DNA of 64,000 nt, taken from Raillietiella orientalis. Lineage: Eukaryota. The first letter of the stretch is position 1, and each line of letters starts with the position of its first letter. The DNA is taken from positions 992,001 to 1,056,000 of the forward strand of contig JAYWIR010000015.1 of NCBI GenBank assembly GCA_036172245.1. Direction: 5' to 3'. A program made the translations under genes and the position numbers. Below the pieces are notes generated by a model. That model was not told the DNA's origin. It did not search any database and worked only from the letters and a program-made list of their open reading frames with translations. Positions 11,080 to 23,289 of the stretch are shown one piece after another.

Positions 11080-12880
11080 TGTGGTATGTGCACGTGCACC
11101 TTGTCGTGCATACCAAGATTCACATCGGAATGGAAGGCACTCAGTTCATCTGGACAGCTATAACATGTTTTCGACCCTGACAATCATCGCTGGATCTCTT
11201 GCGTCCAGATCCCTAAAATGGACAAGTATTGTGCAAGTTAGGCATCCTTCTATCGTACAAAGACACGTCGCGTGAGCTCATGGTCTCCTGTGCGATTCAA
11301 CACTAGAGGGGCACCTATTGTACCCATCCACAGATCACTGGACCCAAACAGTTCGTCCTCTCTCCCGTGATGGAGAATGCTGAGCAGCCTGAAGGGGAGA
11401 AAGAATGCTAGTTTACCACAGCCATGTAACACAGGCTGGGACTGCCATGTATTTCCCAAATCCGTAACCCTTCCTTTTCGGAAGAAATACATCGGAATAA
11501 ACACACTCTTACTATCATGCATTGAATGGAGCGTCTTTTTCCCCCTTAGGCGCCTGAGGAGAGTAGTGACCGGAGGCGCAATAGTACCGGCTAATCTCAC
11601 CGTTTCGTCCGCAAGCTGCCCCATGCGACCACATAATGATGACAGCAAAACACTACCGAATGCTTTGAGGGCTTTTAAAAATCCTAGCCTCGTGCTGTGC
11701 TACATATAGCAACTGACCAACACTCTTACTCTATGAATTATCCTTCCCTTAAGTTCTACGCGAGGCTCTTCCAGAAGGACATTCGCCCATACTCTGCCTA
11801 TTTGGAGCTCAACAGCAACACTACGGCTCCAAGCAATAGGCAAGCGTGCTGGAGGTTAAATTTCAAGCTCCTCTCCCAGCACCGTGGTGTTGTCTCGAGT
11901 GTTCAGTACTTCAAGTGCTTTTTGCAGATCTGCTTTTCCTGCTGCTTCTCACCCGGGTGCGCCGGAGCGTTTATTGCTAAACTATCCAGAAACAGAGTTC
12001 CCGGACAAAGGATACAGAGAAAACGAAAGGGGGGATCCCCGACACGCAGGTCGGTAAACCGAAAGTCCGGAACGGGAGGGAGGGAACCACAAATACACAT
12101 ACAAAAAATAGAAATAAAGATATGGGGAGGGTAGGAAACAGGGGTCTTTGGTTTGGGCCGTTCCTTTCCTTCAGAACTGGCTATGGATGCCGGTGATCTA
12201 GCTCCTAACGTCCTCTGGAAGATGGGCCCACTCGGCAGCCGACGTCATGTTCTCGTCGGCTATTCCGGTGGCCTGACGACGAATCGCCAGCTTTTCCAGC
12301 TCTCGGTGGGCCTTGTCGATGGCGCGGATGCAACAGACCGTTGCGATGACAGCACCTAAGGACAGGCCGCCTCGCGTGAAGAAGCGGCGCATCAAGTCTC
12401 TCGCGGTGTCCCCCTGGTTCTGGAGAGCTGAGGCCAGCCTCCGCCACAGTCCTAGGAGGACACCGCAGTCCAGGAGCAGGTGCGGGAGCGTCTCCACTTC
12501 CCCGCACCGTTTACAATTCGTGGAGACAGTTTTCTTGCTGCAGTTACAGATGAATGCCCACTAGATTTATTGGTACGAGTTGTCCTCCAAATAAGGTGCG
12601 GCATGAGCAAAAATTTTTGTTGCAAATCATTACCAGCAACTTTTAAATACACTTTCATAAAGAATCGAAATGTGTATGTACCCACTCTCTCCGAACATGA
12701 ATGCCATGATTGTTCTAGGAGTGTACGATCGTATGAATCCCTCACTGTGTGCACATCCAGTCCCGTGATCATCCCAGTCGAAATAGTCAAAACTGCTGCA
12801 AAGTGTTTACGTAAGCGGATCTTTAGAGACATCAATTGCAGGGATGTTCTCAAGTGGCTGCAACTCCTGGCACTTTTTCT
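11080..12880 (-). mobile_element. Old LINE post-RT/zf-RVT remnant, split by the younger insertion at 11946-12529
   Basis: Collinear motifs run across the insertion: 'HLIWRTTRTNK/INLVGIHL' on the right side, then 'SFWKSLA', 'KLAFFLPFRLL', 'ITGERTNC...C*IAQETM' on the left side. 11280-11440 is homologous to 15360-15490. Confidence 0.6.
11946..12529 (-). mobile_element. Young 5'-truncated L1/Tx1-like LINE (zf-RVT C-terminus + 3' UTR), copy 1, with 12-bp TSD
   Basis: Encodes 'NCKRCGEVETLPHLLLDCGVLLGLWRRL'. About 95% identical to 61607-62189 by manual count, at a constant offset of 49661. Flanked by ttttcctgctgc (11934-11945) and ttttcttgctgc (12530-12541). Premature TAG at 12198-12200. Confidence 0.9.
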
Positions 12881-12999
12881 TGCCTGGATTTTCCGTGTGT
12901 TTTTATTTATTTTTTTTTTGTCTTTTTCTCTGAGTCACATTTCGCTTTCTCTGGCTAAATAGAAAAAATACATTCAAATACAAAGGCAGAAGTCTTTGT

Positions 13000-14100
13000 A
13001 CTTGGATTAGACTTAGGCGACTTTGAAAGTCTCGTTCTCCCTTCCACTAAAGGGATACCTCCTCTTAGCGGTCAACTCGCGATACGAAGAACAGGAAGCC
13101 GAGGAAATGACATGCTGAGGGGTGACGAGCGTTCCAGATAAACAGAGGAGGAATTCTGGAAGAATGTCAAGAGTCCTCCTCTGTATGAATTATGAATCAA
13201 AACAATGAAAAACTGCACTGAACTCTTTCCATGTGAGCATCAAGAATTTGATCGCATTCTTGGAAGCCCTCCCCTGGCCTTCACCCTAGTCTCAGCAGTC
13301 GTTACTTTCGATCTCCTGCTCTAGACCCATGAGTGCTGGTCTTTAGAGACTCGCCCTGCACTCAAAAGGCAGTGAAGATGTGGGTGCAGTCCGAGTCGCC
13401 CGTGGTCCCATTCAAGTGATAAGGTCACCAAAGGAAGCTGCTGATCATGTAAAGGCTCTCCACATGAGACCCTAAGCTCTGTGTTGCTCAAGAGTTCTGC
13501 CGTGATTCGTCGGAAGACTTTCCAAGCAAGCTATGACGCTCGCTTCTGCCCTGCCCACATGGAATCCCCCTCCACCGTGTTCTTCTCTCACTGATAGACT
13601 CGGAACAGGCTCATCAGGCGGAAAGCTTCCCTTTGCTTCACTTTCATCATGCTCCCGGAATTGTTCATTGCAAGCAGATAAGCAGAGAAGACGTGAAAGC
13701 TGTGAGCGAAAGACAGTTGCTCTGATGACCTCGTGCGGAGCTTTTGGCCTCGGCGTCAGGCTGATGCTCTCCGCCTTCCTTTAAGAATCTTGTGGAGCTT
13801 GTCGTAGGTAGTATGAAATAATGCCTTCTTCCTTGTGGACTTCCCAGCGCTTGAAACTCCTTGTTTGTCCAGACTTCGGAATCGAGAAGACCGTTCAGAC
13901 ACAAAATGAAGCTTCATTTTTAAAAATCGGTGTCCTCGTCAATGTGAGCAGCTAAGATCTGGGTCACAACTTGACAAAGCCGTAGTCATCTCTTGTCAAA
14001 ATCGTTGAAAGGGAAGTTTGGGTTGGCTCCGTATGCTCACGATACAACTGTCCCAAAGACACGATACGTGTCTTTGGGCCAGTCTGTGAGCTCGAGGCAT
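13000..14100 (-). mobile_element. LINE endonuclease-domain remnant
   Basis: 'MKLHF/CLNGLLDS' ~13900 (cf. MK..SxN+NGL) and 'ASFGDLIT' ~13430 (cf. GDFN). Confidence 0.45.
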
Positions 14101-15339
14101 TCTATGACCTGATCCCGTTTGCTTGCTAAGACGAAGATGAAGTTGTAGAGTTTTCCTTATTAGAGTGTTTATAGTATCTTTTATGCCATTATTTGTGTAT
14201 TTGGGACTCCTTCTTCAAATACACATTCCTATATCACTCCATGAAATGACCCGTGTCAACGATGGCCCACAAGGCTTTTGGACAGATCCTAGTATCAGCT
14301 TAATGATGCTCATACAATGCAATGCTCATACAGAATGCATAACAGAGTATGCACACACGCATGTATATACATATGAGTACAAGATGCACATGCTTAATGA
14401 TCCCTGAACAGGTGATATTTCTTACAGCAGACAAGCAAGACGGCGTCATCTCAGGGGGAGGAAAACAGAATTTCAGCAGCAAGGTCCGGAATTTTGTCCA
14501 ATTTTCAAGATTTTCAAACTCTGGCCGAGAGCTAGTCACCCGCTTTCAAGAACACTTTCAGCTTCTCACCATCTCGGTCTGAGCACTTAGTTCCATTTTT
14601 TCCGTGTAATCAAAAACAATGAATTATTCCCAGCTCTTGTTCTGCTTGAGCGGCCAACGAGCGATGCGCATTATTTCTCAACAGGAGAAAGCAGAGAGAG
14701 AATTTTCGAAGCTCCATGTGGCGAAACCAACGAAGATCTTCTTCGCCTGTCCCTTATCGCATGAGGTAAGCAATCTTCATGTGCTTCGCAAGGAGATCAA
14801 ACGGATAGGCAATTCGCGGAGTCCGACCAACAAACCATGAACATGTGAGGCACGTGATAATAACGCCTGCGATCATCGCTGACCTGCCCTGCAGTCTCAA
14901 CGCTCGGCTGCAAAGCACAAGCAAGCCGTGGATTACGTGGTCAGTAGCGAATCAGCTTTGTGAGAAATGGAAACTCCGAAACTACAAAGTTGAAGGAGGA
15001 TGTCTCTTTTTTTCTTTTTTCTACAAAAAAAGCAATTTGAAATTATGAAGGATGCAGTACCTCTCCTTCTACACATTTCCTAGCTTTGCAGCTTCCACCT
15101 TCTTGCAGACTAGCTAACAAGGAAAAAAAAAAAAACGAATTGCTGTGGAGAAAAATCACAAATTGTGCTGCAGGTTTGCAGGAAGGTATTTTCCTTCCTT
15201 GAAGGAAAGAGCTTCAAAGAGAAATCGAGAGCCATTTTGCAGTCGACAGTTATGTCTCAGAGGCTGGATCCAGAATCCATGCATAGTAATGCTATCTCAT
15301 AATAATTCCACCTTCCGGATAATTTCTTCTTCTTTTTTT

Positions 15340-15570
15340 TCCATTTTGCGTATTTTGGAATTGGTCTCCTGCACCACTCAACACTCGAGGGACATCTACT
15401 GCGCACCGGACCAGAGCAGTTCGTCCCTTCTCCCATGAGCGGTTCGAAGATGAAAAAGAATGCCAGCTTACCACTGTAGTGCAACAACGGTTGGGAAGAG
15501 ACCGGTTAAGACTGGTCAGAAGATGCTGCCACCATGCGCATCTCACGATGCTGTCGTGCACATCCTAGGT
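15340..15570 (-). mobile_element. LINE zf-RVT fragment related to 11280-11440
   Basis: Nucleotide similarity (tggtctcctg...tcaacact.gaggg.cac/t.cta...cagttcgtcc.t.tccc.tga...aaagaatgc.ag.ttaccac) and the peptide 'GKLAFFF...GEGTNC...RCPS'. Confidence 0.6.
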
Positions 15571-16749
15571 ATCCGCAAGTGGCAATCTGATTCTCCTCTC
15601 GTCGGAGCTGCTGAGATACTGAAATGAAGTGGACTTCTGAAAAGATCGCAAATGGCACGCTGAAGAGACTTCGCAAGCCACGATTGGAATCAGCAAGTGA
15701 TGCTGCTTCAGAGCGAGAGCAAACGGCACATTCCCTGCCTGCCTACGTTACACGCATCCCATGAGGCGAATTTCATGCTGCAGTGTGTTTGGATTGCTTT
15801 CTCGACTCCAGCTTTCCTTCCCGTGGGAGGAGGATTCGCTCTCGATTTCAATGCGCGCTTCGTTTCATTTCAATTCATTTACATTAATTGGATGGCCTTC
15901 CTACATTACGAGGTGCACCGAGCTGCCTGCTCCTGCGCTCGCTTCCCTGCATTTCCTTCACCTCATCATCGGGAAACATCACCTGAAGATGGGACGCAGC
16001 AACGCCTGCATAAAAAAAATAAGCAGGAACGGGAATATTAAGGAAGAGCAAATTTTTTAACCTAATCCCTCATCATCCCTAACGAGCGGTTCCTGTCGAC
16101 GTCTGATTTTTTTCGTTTTTTTTTTCTTTTTCATCGCAGTTTTCTGATTGCATACGCCTTGATTTTATAAACGATGTGGCTTTCATTTCGAATGCACCGG
16201 AAGCTCCTGCTCCTTTATCCTTCTATAACTCAGCTAAGGACCCTTTTGATTTCTGTTCGTGTTGATCGGCAAACGCTTCCAGCTTTTCCCAAACTCGGCT
16301 GGGATGAAACCAAGTAGAATTACCAGTGAGTTCGCTCCGTTCCAAAACGCACGTGTAAACGCATGTGTGTGTGCCCCTCTGGTCACCCAGTTCCCGGCTA
16401 CGAATCCCCGTTTTCACTGTGCTCCAGGTTCCAGTTTCCTTTGCTTAGGGAGACTGCAAAATCGCGAACGTCCCCGTGGATGCTGGTAAGTTGCACGGCG
16501 ATTCCCACTTCCTGAAACCCCGAAACACCGGAAGGGTGCCACGAATCGGCAGCCTGCTGGTCTTCCACCCTTCCCTCTTGTCAACAGTTCTCCTTTTCTG
16601 CTACCCAACACTTCGTGTGCACTTTGTTCCAGTCGTGCCGATGGCTAGCTGCGTGTGTGCGTCTCTTTCGCATCGCCTTTAGATGGTTGCCATGCATTGC
16701 ACGTGGCTGAAATGCCCTCTTACTAACTGAAGATCGTCTTCAGCTCTCT

Positions 16750-17100
16750 TTTACCTCTTTCTAGAGAACGGAAAAGATCGTTCCCTGCTGCCTTCCAGCT
16801 TCAGATGCAAACGGAAATCTTCCGTGACCGGGTGCGACGGAGGATCTGAATCTCAAGTGAAGAGGAGTCTGCGGTCTCTGTAATCTGAGATGGCACAAAG
16901 GAGTATTACCTCCGAGTTTGCAATGTTGACAAGAGCTACCCAGCTCGAGCTGAGCACTTCAGGCATATCTCACACAAGAAGGAGCAAACAGTTTCCCGCA
17001 GAAAGAATTTCCGGTTCTTCGCATTTCAAGAAGACGGTGGTTCGCTGCCGAGGACCATCAAGTTTTCCTAACTGGATAAATGTTTACCTGTGAAAGCCGA
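16750..17100 (-). mobile_element. Probable LINE ORF1/ORF2 junction remnant
   Basis: The - strand reads 'FLCEICLKCSARAG' (knuckle-like), then 'SVCI*SWKAAG' (cf. +xSWNxxG). Confidence 0.35.
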
Positions 17101-19975
17101 GAAGAGCACTGAAAATGAATGAGAGAAAGGGAGGTTAGGATTGGAGGGCACGAGTAAAAAGGAAGGGATAAATAATACGAGGGACATTCGAAGGGGTAAT
17201 GAGGTAAAGGTGAACAAACTGGTCTACACAAAAGGTGAACTACCTTGCGCGTTCATAAGGTACATTGGTGATCAGTTCCTGCAATTGCAGTTGGCGGTGA
17301 AACATCATGGCTGCTCCAGCACAGGAAGTCAGTGAATTAGGCATGTTATTTGGGGTTTCGAAGGCTTTGCGTTGATAAATGTCATATTCCGAGGTGATTA
17401 TTGAACTTGAATTAACAATAGTTAGGTGATTAGGGTGTTTTTTTTGGGGGGGGGGGGAGGGGGTGTTTGCTTGCAATGAGAGAGATGAAATGCATGTGGT
17501 TTGATGATGTTCACGATTCTGAGGAATTGTGCTGAAATGTGTTCGTTGGTGCAATGTATAGGGCTATGGTTATTGCCGATCAGTGAGTGTTATTGGATCC
17601 TGGAGCATTTGCAGTTTTATGGCACATATATTAATGATTCGGATAGGTGTCATGAAAGATGAATAGGCTGAGGTTTCATTTGAAGAGCGACGAGTTATAT
17701 GGGAAGAAAGGATCAAAGGAATGGAAGGCCGACCGTGGCTCCGTGAACTGAGGCATTACTCAGGTACTATCAGACACTCGAGTTTGCATCAACTGCGTGT
17801 ATCGATGGTTTCGGAATAAAACAAAAGCAGATCTTCTGAGATGCCGGTTTTCCTCCAGAATGTGACTTTCAAGCCAGTAGTTCTTGTTCACGAATTCCCT
17901 CATTTTTATCTTCGTGCAAATCAGCATCCACGATGATGATGGTCTCTGGAACAAGCGAATTCTGCTGCTACGTCCCGAGACGGGAATTTCCAGAGTGGAA
18001 AAGTGTGGAGGGGAATGGCCGTCCACGCTTCACTTTGTGCATCTTCGAATGCATCTCGAATCCAGAGTGCTTTTTGATCACTTTAATGCCGGCCAATCCA
18101 CCGCATGAACGAACCTGACAGGTCACTTCTTATTCTTAACATGGGAACGAACCTCTTTTGCTATGAGTATTGAGGACATCATTAATTGGTAAGAATCACG
18201 AGAATGATGAGACAACAAGTCCTATCTTGAAGCAATTTTCAGGTAATGGGCATAACCACTCGTCCGTTTTGCGCCAAGCTCTCTGAACTCAGTCCGTGTA
18301 GCATTTATTGCACGTTAACGGTATGTGCGTTACAGAAGCCCCCAGATAAGTGCGTCTGCCCTTTTCGGTTGACTCATCACCACCAACAAGGTTTGCAGAT
18401 GATCAAGGCAATGCCTGGAATCTGCGAGCATCCGAAGAAAGGAAAAAGCTCCGAACAGACTGGTTAAATCTTTTGCCTTGCTTCTTTTTTCTTTCCTCCG
18501 TTTCATGCAGGAACGACAAAGTTTGTCTCCCTATGCCACCATCCCCGAGGGATCACCGTCAGCGTAACATTCTGAACGGAAGCGCGGAACCTAGTTGCAC
18601 CCTTCCACGAACGGGCAAGATTCGAAATGGAGACTTCGTTACCCCTTTCCCCAGGCGAAGTTCTGTACTGAGGAAGGATTTCCTGAGTCACTAAAATAAC
18701 GAGCATGAAGGAAGTTTCCCTATCAAGCAGTTTGGACTGGCGCCTAGAAGATGGGCGCGCGAATCCGAAATCCGGAATACCGGATTTTCCAACCGATCCG
18801 CCCCCCCCCCCCTGCCCCCCCAGCCAAACTTTTGATTTTGAGTGGGATCGAGAAAAACAGTACGATTTCCCGGGAACGTTCTGTGCCGTTTCAAAATCCC
18901 GAGAAAGCTGCTCATCAGAATCCCGGTGGACAACTAAAAGCGGCATGCACACCTCACAAGACAAATGTGTCACGATTAAGTGTTAAGATCGATACTAAAA
19001 AGCCTGTTCCGAAGGACCTATTGCAACACTCCCTGCCCTTAATAACGTACTTCTATAAGCATGTAAAAAGTTCACACAGAATCGAGCCACTCAGTCAGCA
19101 ACCAGATCGGCTGCTAAGCAACGTTTGCCAAGTGATTTTATAGGAGACAGCCGGCTGTTCATTCTTCATGGAATTCGAGCTGTCGAAAATCGGGAGTTTT
19201 CAAGCCAGGTGTCCCACAGGAACCACCTCAAAACACAGCGGGAGTTCATTTCGGCCAAGTGGAGGAATAAAGATGCGATGTACCCGCTGGCGTTCCAGAG
19301 AAACGTTTCAGCAGCTGAGGACGGCAGCAGTTGCGAGATGGTGTGGTGAAATTTACGATGGTGGCTTCTTCAATTAACAGGGGGGCATTCAGCACACTCG
19401 CCGAACGTTTTACGAGTGGCCTGAAATGCACAGGAAGCAGGATGCTTATCTTCCAAACATGCTGATACCACTCGCAATCCGTAGATAATTTTCGACAGTG
19501 CATATCAGCATGAGTATTCATCTAGGGCTCGAAGCTTAGCATGTACTTATCTTGCCCATATGGAAGCAGGAAAGCCCGCATGTGTTCGTGTGCTCTGAAT
19601 GAAGCCAGGTCACAGAGAGCTCGGATGCACCGGGTGTACAACAACTTTGCTTCACTCTCACGCACAGATCGGGAATTTGCATCACGTGCTTAAGATTCCC
19701 GAAATCCAGAGCGAGCAGTGGGTCATTTACTTGTTGACGAGGAAGAGGTAAAACCCCCGCTCGTGGAGCAGTAGCCTTACCTCCATTTTCTTTAGGAAAG
19801 AAATCTATTTTTTTTTTTTTTTTTTGTTGCTGTTGTTTTCTTATTTTCCAAGATGCTTCATCTGTCGCGAATTCTAGAGGGAGTATCATTTAATGATTCG
19901 CATTCTGTGGGAATTCTGTTCCACAGAGAGGTGGGTTCCACTTTTCTCGCTGATAAGAGCGGATATCACTCTCCT

Positions 19976-19992
19976 CCCCCCCCCCCCCCCCC
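19976..19992. repeat. Poly-C tract (C17)
   Basis: 17 consecutive C; similar G/C runs at 17446-17463 and ~18800-18812. Confidence 0.95.
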
Positions 19993-21136
19993 TTAAGGAT
20001 CAGTGATTACAAAACAGTTCAGATGTCTTGAATTACCATAGAGCAGACAAAGGTTATCATTTCGTGGGCTGCTAAAATGTTTGCACATACGTAATGTGGA
20101 CAGCACTGCCAACATTACGAGCATATCTACGAGGAGCGAGAGAGTACGTATCAACCGTTTTCCTTGAGGAGCTGCACGAGCATCGCCATCTTCCCTGGAA
20201 TTAACTCTTCAAAAAGGAAGCAGAAGCTGCTCCAGGCGCACCCTGCAAAAACTGCTGCCAATTCAACGACTTGAGGGAATTCGGTGGATTTGCCATCCTG
20301 TGAAATTTACACGCCGATATTCCGGACAGAAAAAGTCAAAAGGAAATTCACTGACCAGAAAACAGCCGCTGCTCGATCACGAGTAGCTTTTGGATCGAAA
20401 GACCGATTCCTTAGGAAGCTGTATCCCGAAGCCACGAGTGGGTCTCGGAAGTGTGAATTACACGTGAAAGCACAGTAATAATTTTCTTGTGACTTGGGAT
20501 CAAGGCTGCTTGTTTCAAAAATACACAAAAAAGCGAAATAAGAACAAGGTTAATTGCTTCCTGAAAGCAAACATGCGGCCGGTGTGAACGCAGATGTGGG
20601 AAAGGATTTCTCAAGAGATTTCATTTTCAGGAATTTTCCTTCTTAAAATACATCCGCGACGAAGCGGGAGAGAAAGATTTGGCGCCTGCAGCCCGGATCG
20701 CGGTGGATCTGTTTGCACGGAGAATTTGAAGACGGACATCCTGAGGGGTGGTCAAAGCACTGGTGCAACTTTCCAAAATGCTTTTCGTTCCAGCAGGCGA
20801 GAGGGCTGCCAAAGTTATGAGCGTTCGCCTCACCGTTATCTCTGCTGGGTAAGGAGTCAATCAATCGTGAGAGCCGCCATCAAGACGATTCCTCTTTCCA
20901 ACTGATGAAGAGACCAGCAAACACGTACGAACACGTGTAAAAACAAAGGCTGTGAAACGGATGTGTTTCACAAAAATTTCCAAAGCTCTGCCTCGCTCGT
21001 TCAGGTCGTCCATCTTTTTTTCATTTGATTATTTGGAAAGCTCCCAGATGATGGCCGAATCATCATCTCCGGCTTCAATCAGGGTTGCCAAACTCTGAAG
21101 CCGAGCGACAATCTGCTATTGTGGATTTTTCATCGC

Positions 21137-21139
<3 letters not shown>

Positions 21140-21199
<60 letters not shown>
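21140..21199. repeat. (AC)30 microsatellite
   Basis: Uninterrupted dinucleotide array. Confidence 0.98.
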
Positions 21200-21201
<2 letters not shown>

Positions 21202-21399
21202 CAGTGGCTTTCGTTTCGGATTTTTTCGGCTTCGTGCTCTTCAGCAGGTTTGAAAGATGGTTCTTTTCTAGCCTCGTTCTTTATGTAGCTGAAAAGAGAA
21301 TAATGCTGGCTAGTCTCACTGGTTGGTTCTTGATCCTCTTTCTATGATTCAGGTTGTGATAGAAGTGGATCGGAGGGATCTAGATAAGAAAACAGCACG

Positions 21400-22850
21400 G
21401 CTAGGTTTAAAAACCACAAAGTCCCGGTTGCATTAAATTCCTCAAGATGGGTTGCCACCCCACGACACTGTTGCACGAAGGAAAGCCACCCCCGTGGAGA
21501 TTTCCTTTCAACACACAAATAGAAATGGCTCTAAAAGTATCATCAGTTTGCCACTGACAAGTTGCGATCGCGGAATTCATGAATTGCAAACACGCCAAGC
21601 CAAGAAGAGGAACGTCAGATAGAGAGACTGCGAGCTGCGTGCTTCCCTGCTAGGAAAACAGGAAACACTGACATTGACGATGATATCTGACAACCTGCAG
21701 GATTATTTTTACATACCACCAAGACTAAGCTGTGGAAATGCCCAAAACTTATGCTACAGAACGCAAGCCCACAAATCAGTAATGCCTGATAAAATAGGAT
21801 GCCCCATTTGCAAAATACCCCAATCGCATGCATGCATTTCTTAGTCATCGCATGCAAATCATGATCAAGGGCGATCTAAAGTGCCGAATTACTTTACTTG
21901 TTGCGAATTGCTGTGCTTTCTCTTCCAGAGTCTGAGCTGAAGCAACACAGCTGCATATCTCTCTGCAGCCCAGCGAGTGCCAATGTTCGGGTCGACCGAT
22001 GATTCAATCAGCTCAGGATGCTCCTAGCGTCGCCAGGGAACATGAGGAAGACCCAAAATTCTACCGTGCTACAGGAAGCGGGCTACCAAGATGGGAGAGG
22101 TGGAATGCCGAGCACTGAATTCGAAAAACAGGATTGCTCTCGCACAACTCACAGCTTCCCAAAATTGCCTTACGGTGTGGAAAAATCCTCTTGCAAGTAA
22201 GTTAGCTCCCTGTTACCATGCACTCCTGAGGAGACAATAAATAAAGACAGAGTCGCTCGTTGCGCTCCCGAAAATTGACGCATGTGTGCAGGGCTCGCCC
22301 TGCTTTCGTCTTGTTCTCCCGATGTTGACTGCACAGAGGAAGACACGTTGGACGTAATGGTCTCTGGAGACAGAGCCGACAACGACAATCACGGAAAATC
22401 AAGCGGTCTGTATTGAGGTACGCGAGCTGTGTCATGGAGACGGCGAACGCAAAATACTGAGCGGCCCCCTTTTTTTCCTTTTCCGTAGTGAAAGGCAGTG
22501 GCTCCGGAGCCTTTACGACTACGAAGACTCTGTACTCGCGATGCTTGGTTCGATGGATGAGACAAGCTTTTGCAAGAGCAGAGTTATTATGATTTTCCGA
22601 TCTCCATCGGATGGAGGGCAAGGACTCACAGGAAAGTTCGGGGAAGGCAGATGTATCGTTCTTTTCCTACTTACGGCAAACTGGGACGGCGCATCTGTGC
22701 GCTCTCTCGACTGCTTCTGTTTCACTCCGAGACCCTGCTCCGATGCGTGTCCCGTGACACTTCCCATTATGCTAATGAATGGAGAACTGATGGACTTGAA
22801 ATGATCAGATAAGGTGGGTACACGGAGGAGCACGCCATGGCAGTACATGT
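21400..22850 (-). mobile_element. LINE ORF1 C-terminus and start of endonuclease, decayed
   Basis: ORF 22202..22621 'EYRVFVVVKAPEPLPF...QLAYLNT...CRCRLCLQRPLRPTCLP' matches the plant L1 ORF1 pattern R+xVx+D...PL...QxxxY...C..C...GH....CP. The EN part is weaker. Confidence 0.55.
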
Positions 22851-23289
22851 GAGAATAACTGGAATATCATGCATTCTCAACACGAATCCTCGTTCTCATC
22901 GTGGGTGCTCGAAATGTGCGAAAAAATGAAGACAGAAGAAACGATACCGAAATTCATGCAGGTGGCACAAAGCCGCCGAGGCTTCCCGGAGTTCTGCGTC
23001 GTTGCTGTGACAACGGCAGCATCATTGTGAGACATCCATCATTGTGCCTACGCATGCGACTGCACCACATCTTCACTGTACACCTTTGTACCTGTGAAGC
23101 TGTGCACGAAGATGTACATAAATGTGTATGTATGTGTGTGCACATATTATTGTGTACCGTATCTCAGATACCGGTACGACAGACATGTTCAGAAGACGGA
23201 TGTTCTGCGTTCTGTTTTTTCCACATTCATACAGCCGGACGAAGCAAGACCACAAGACCACTTGCTTTGGACGTGGTTCGCTCCTGAGC

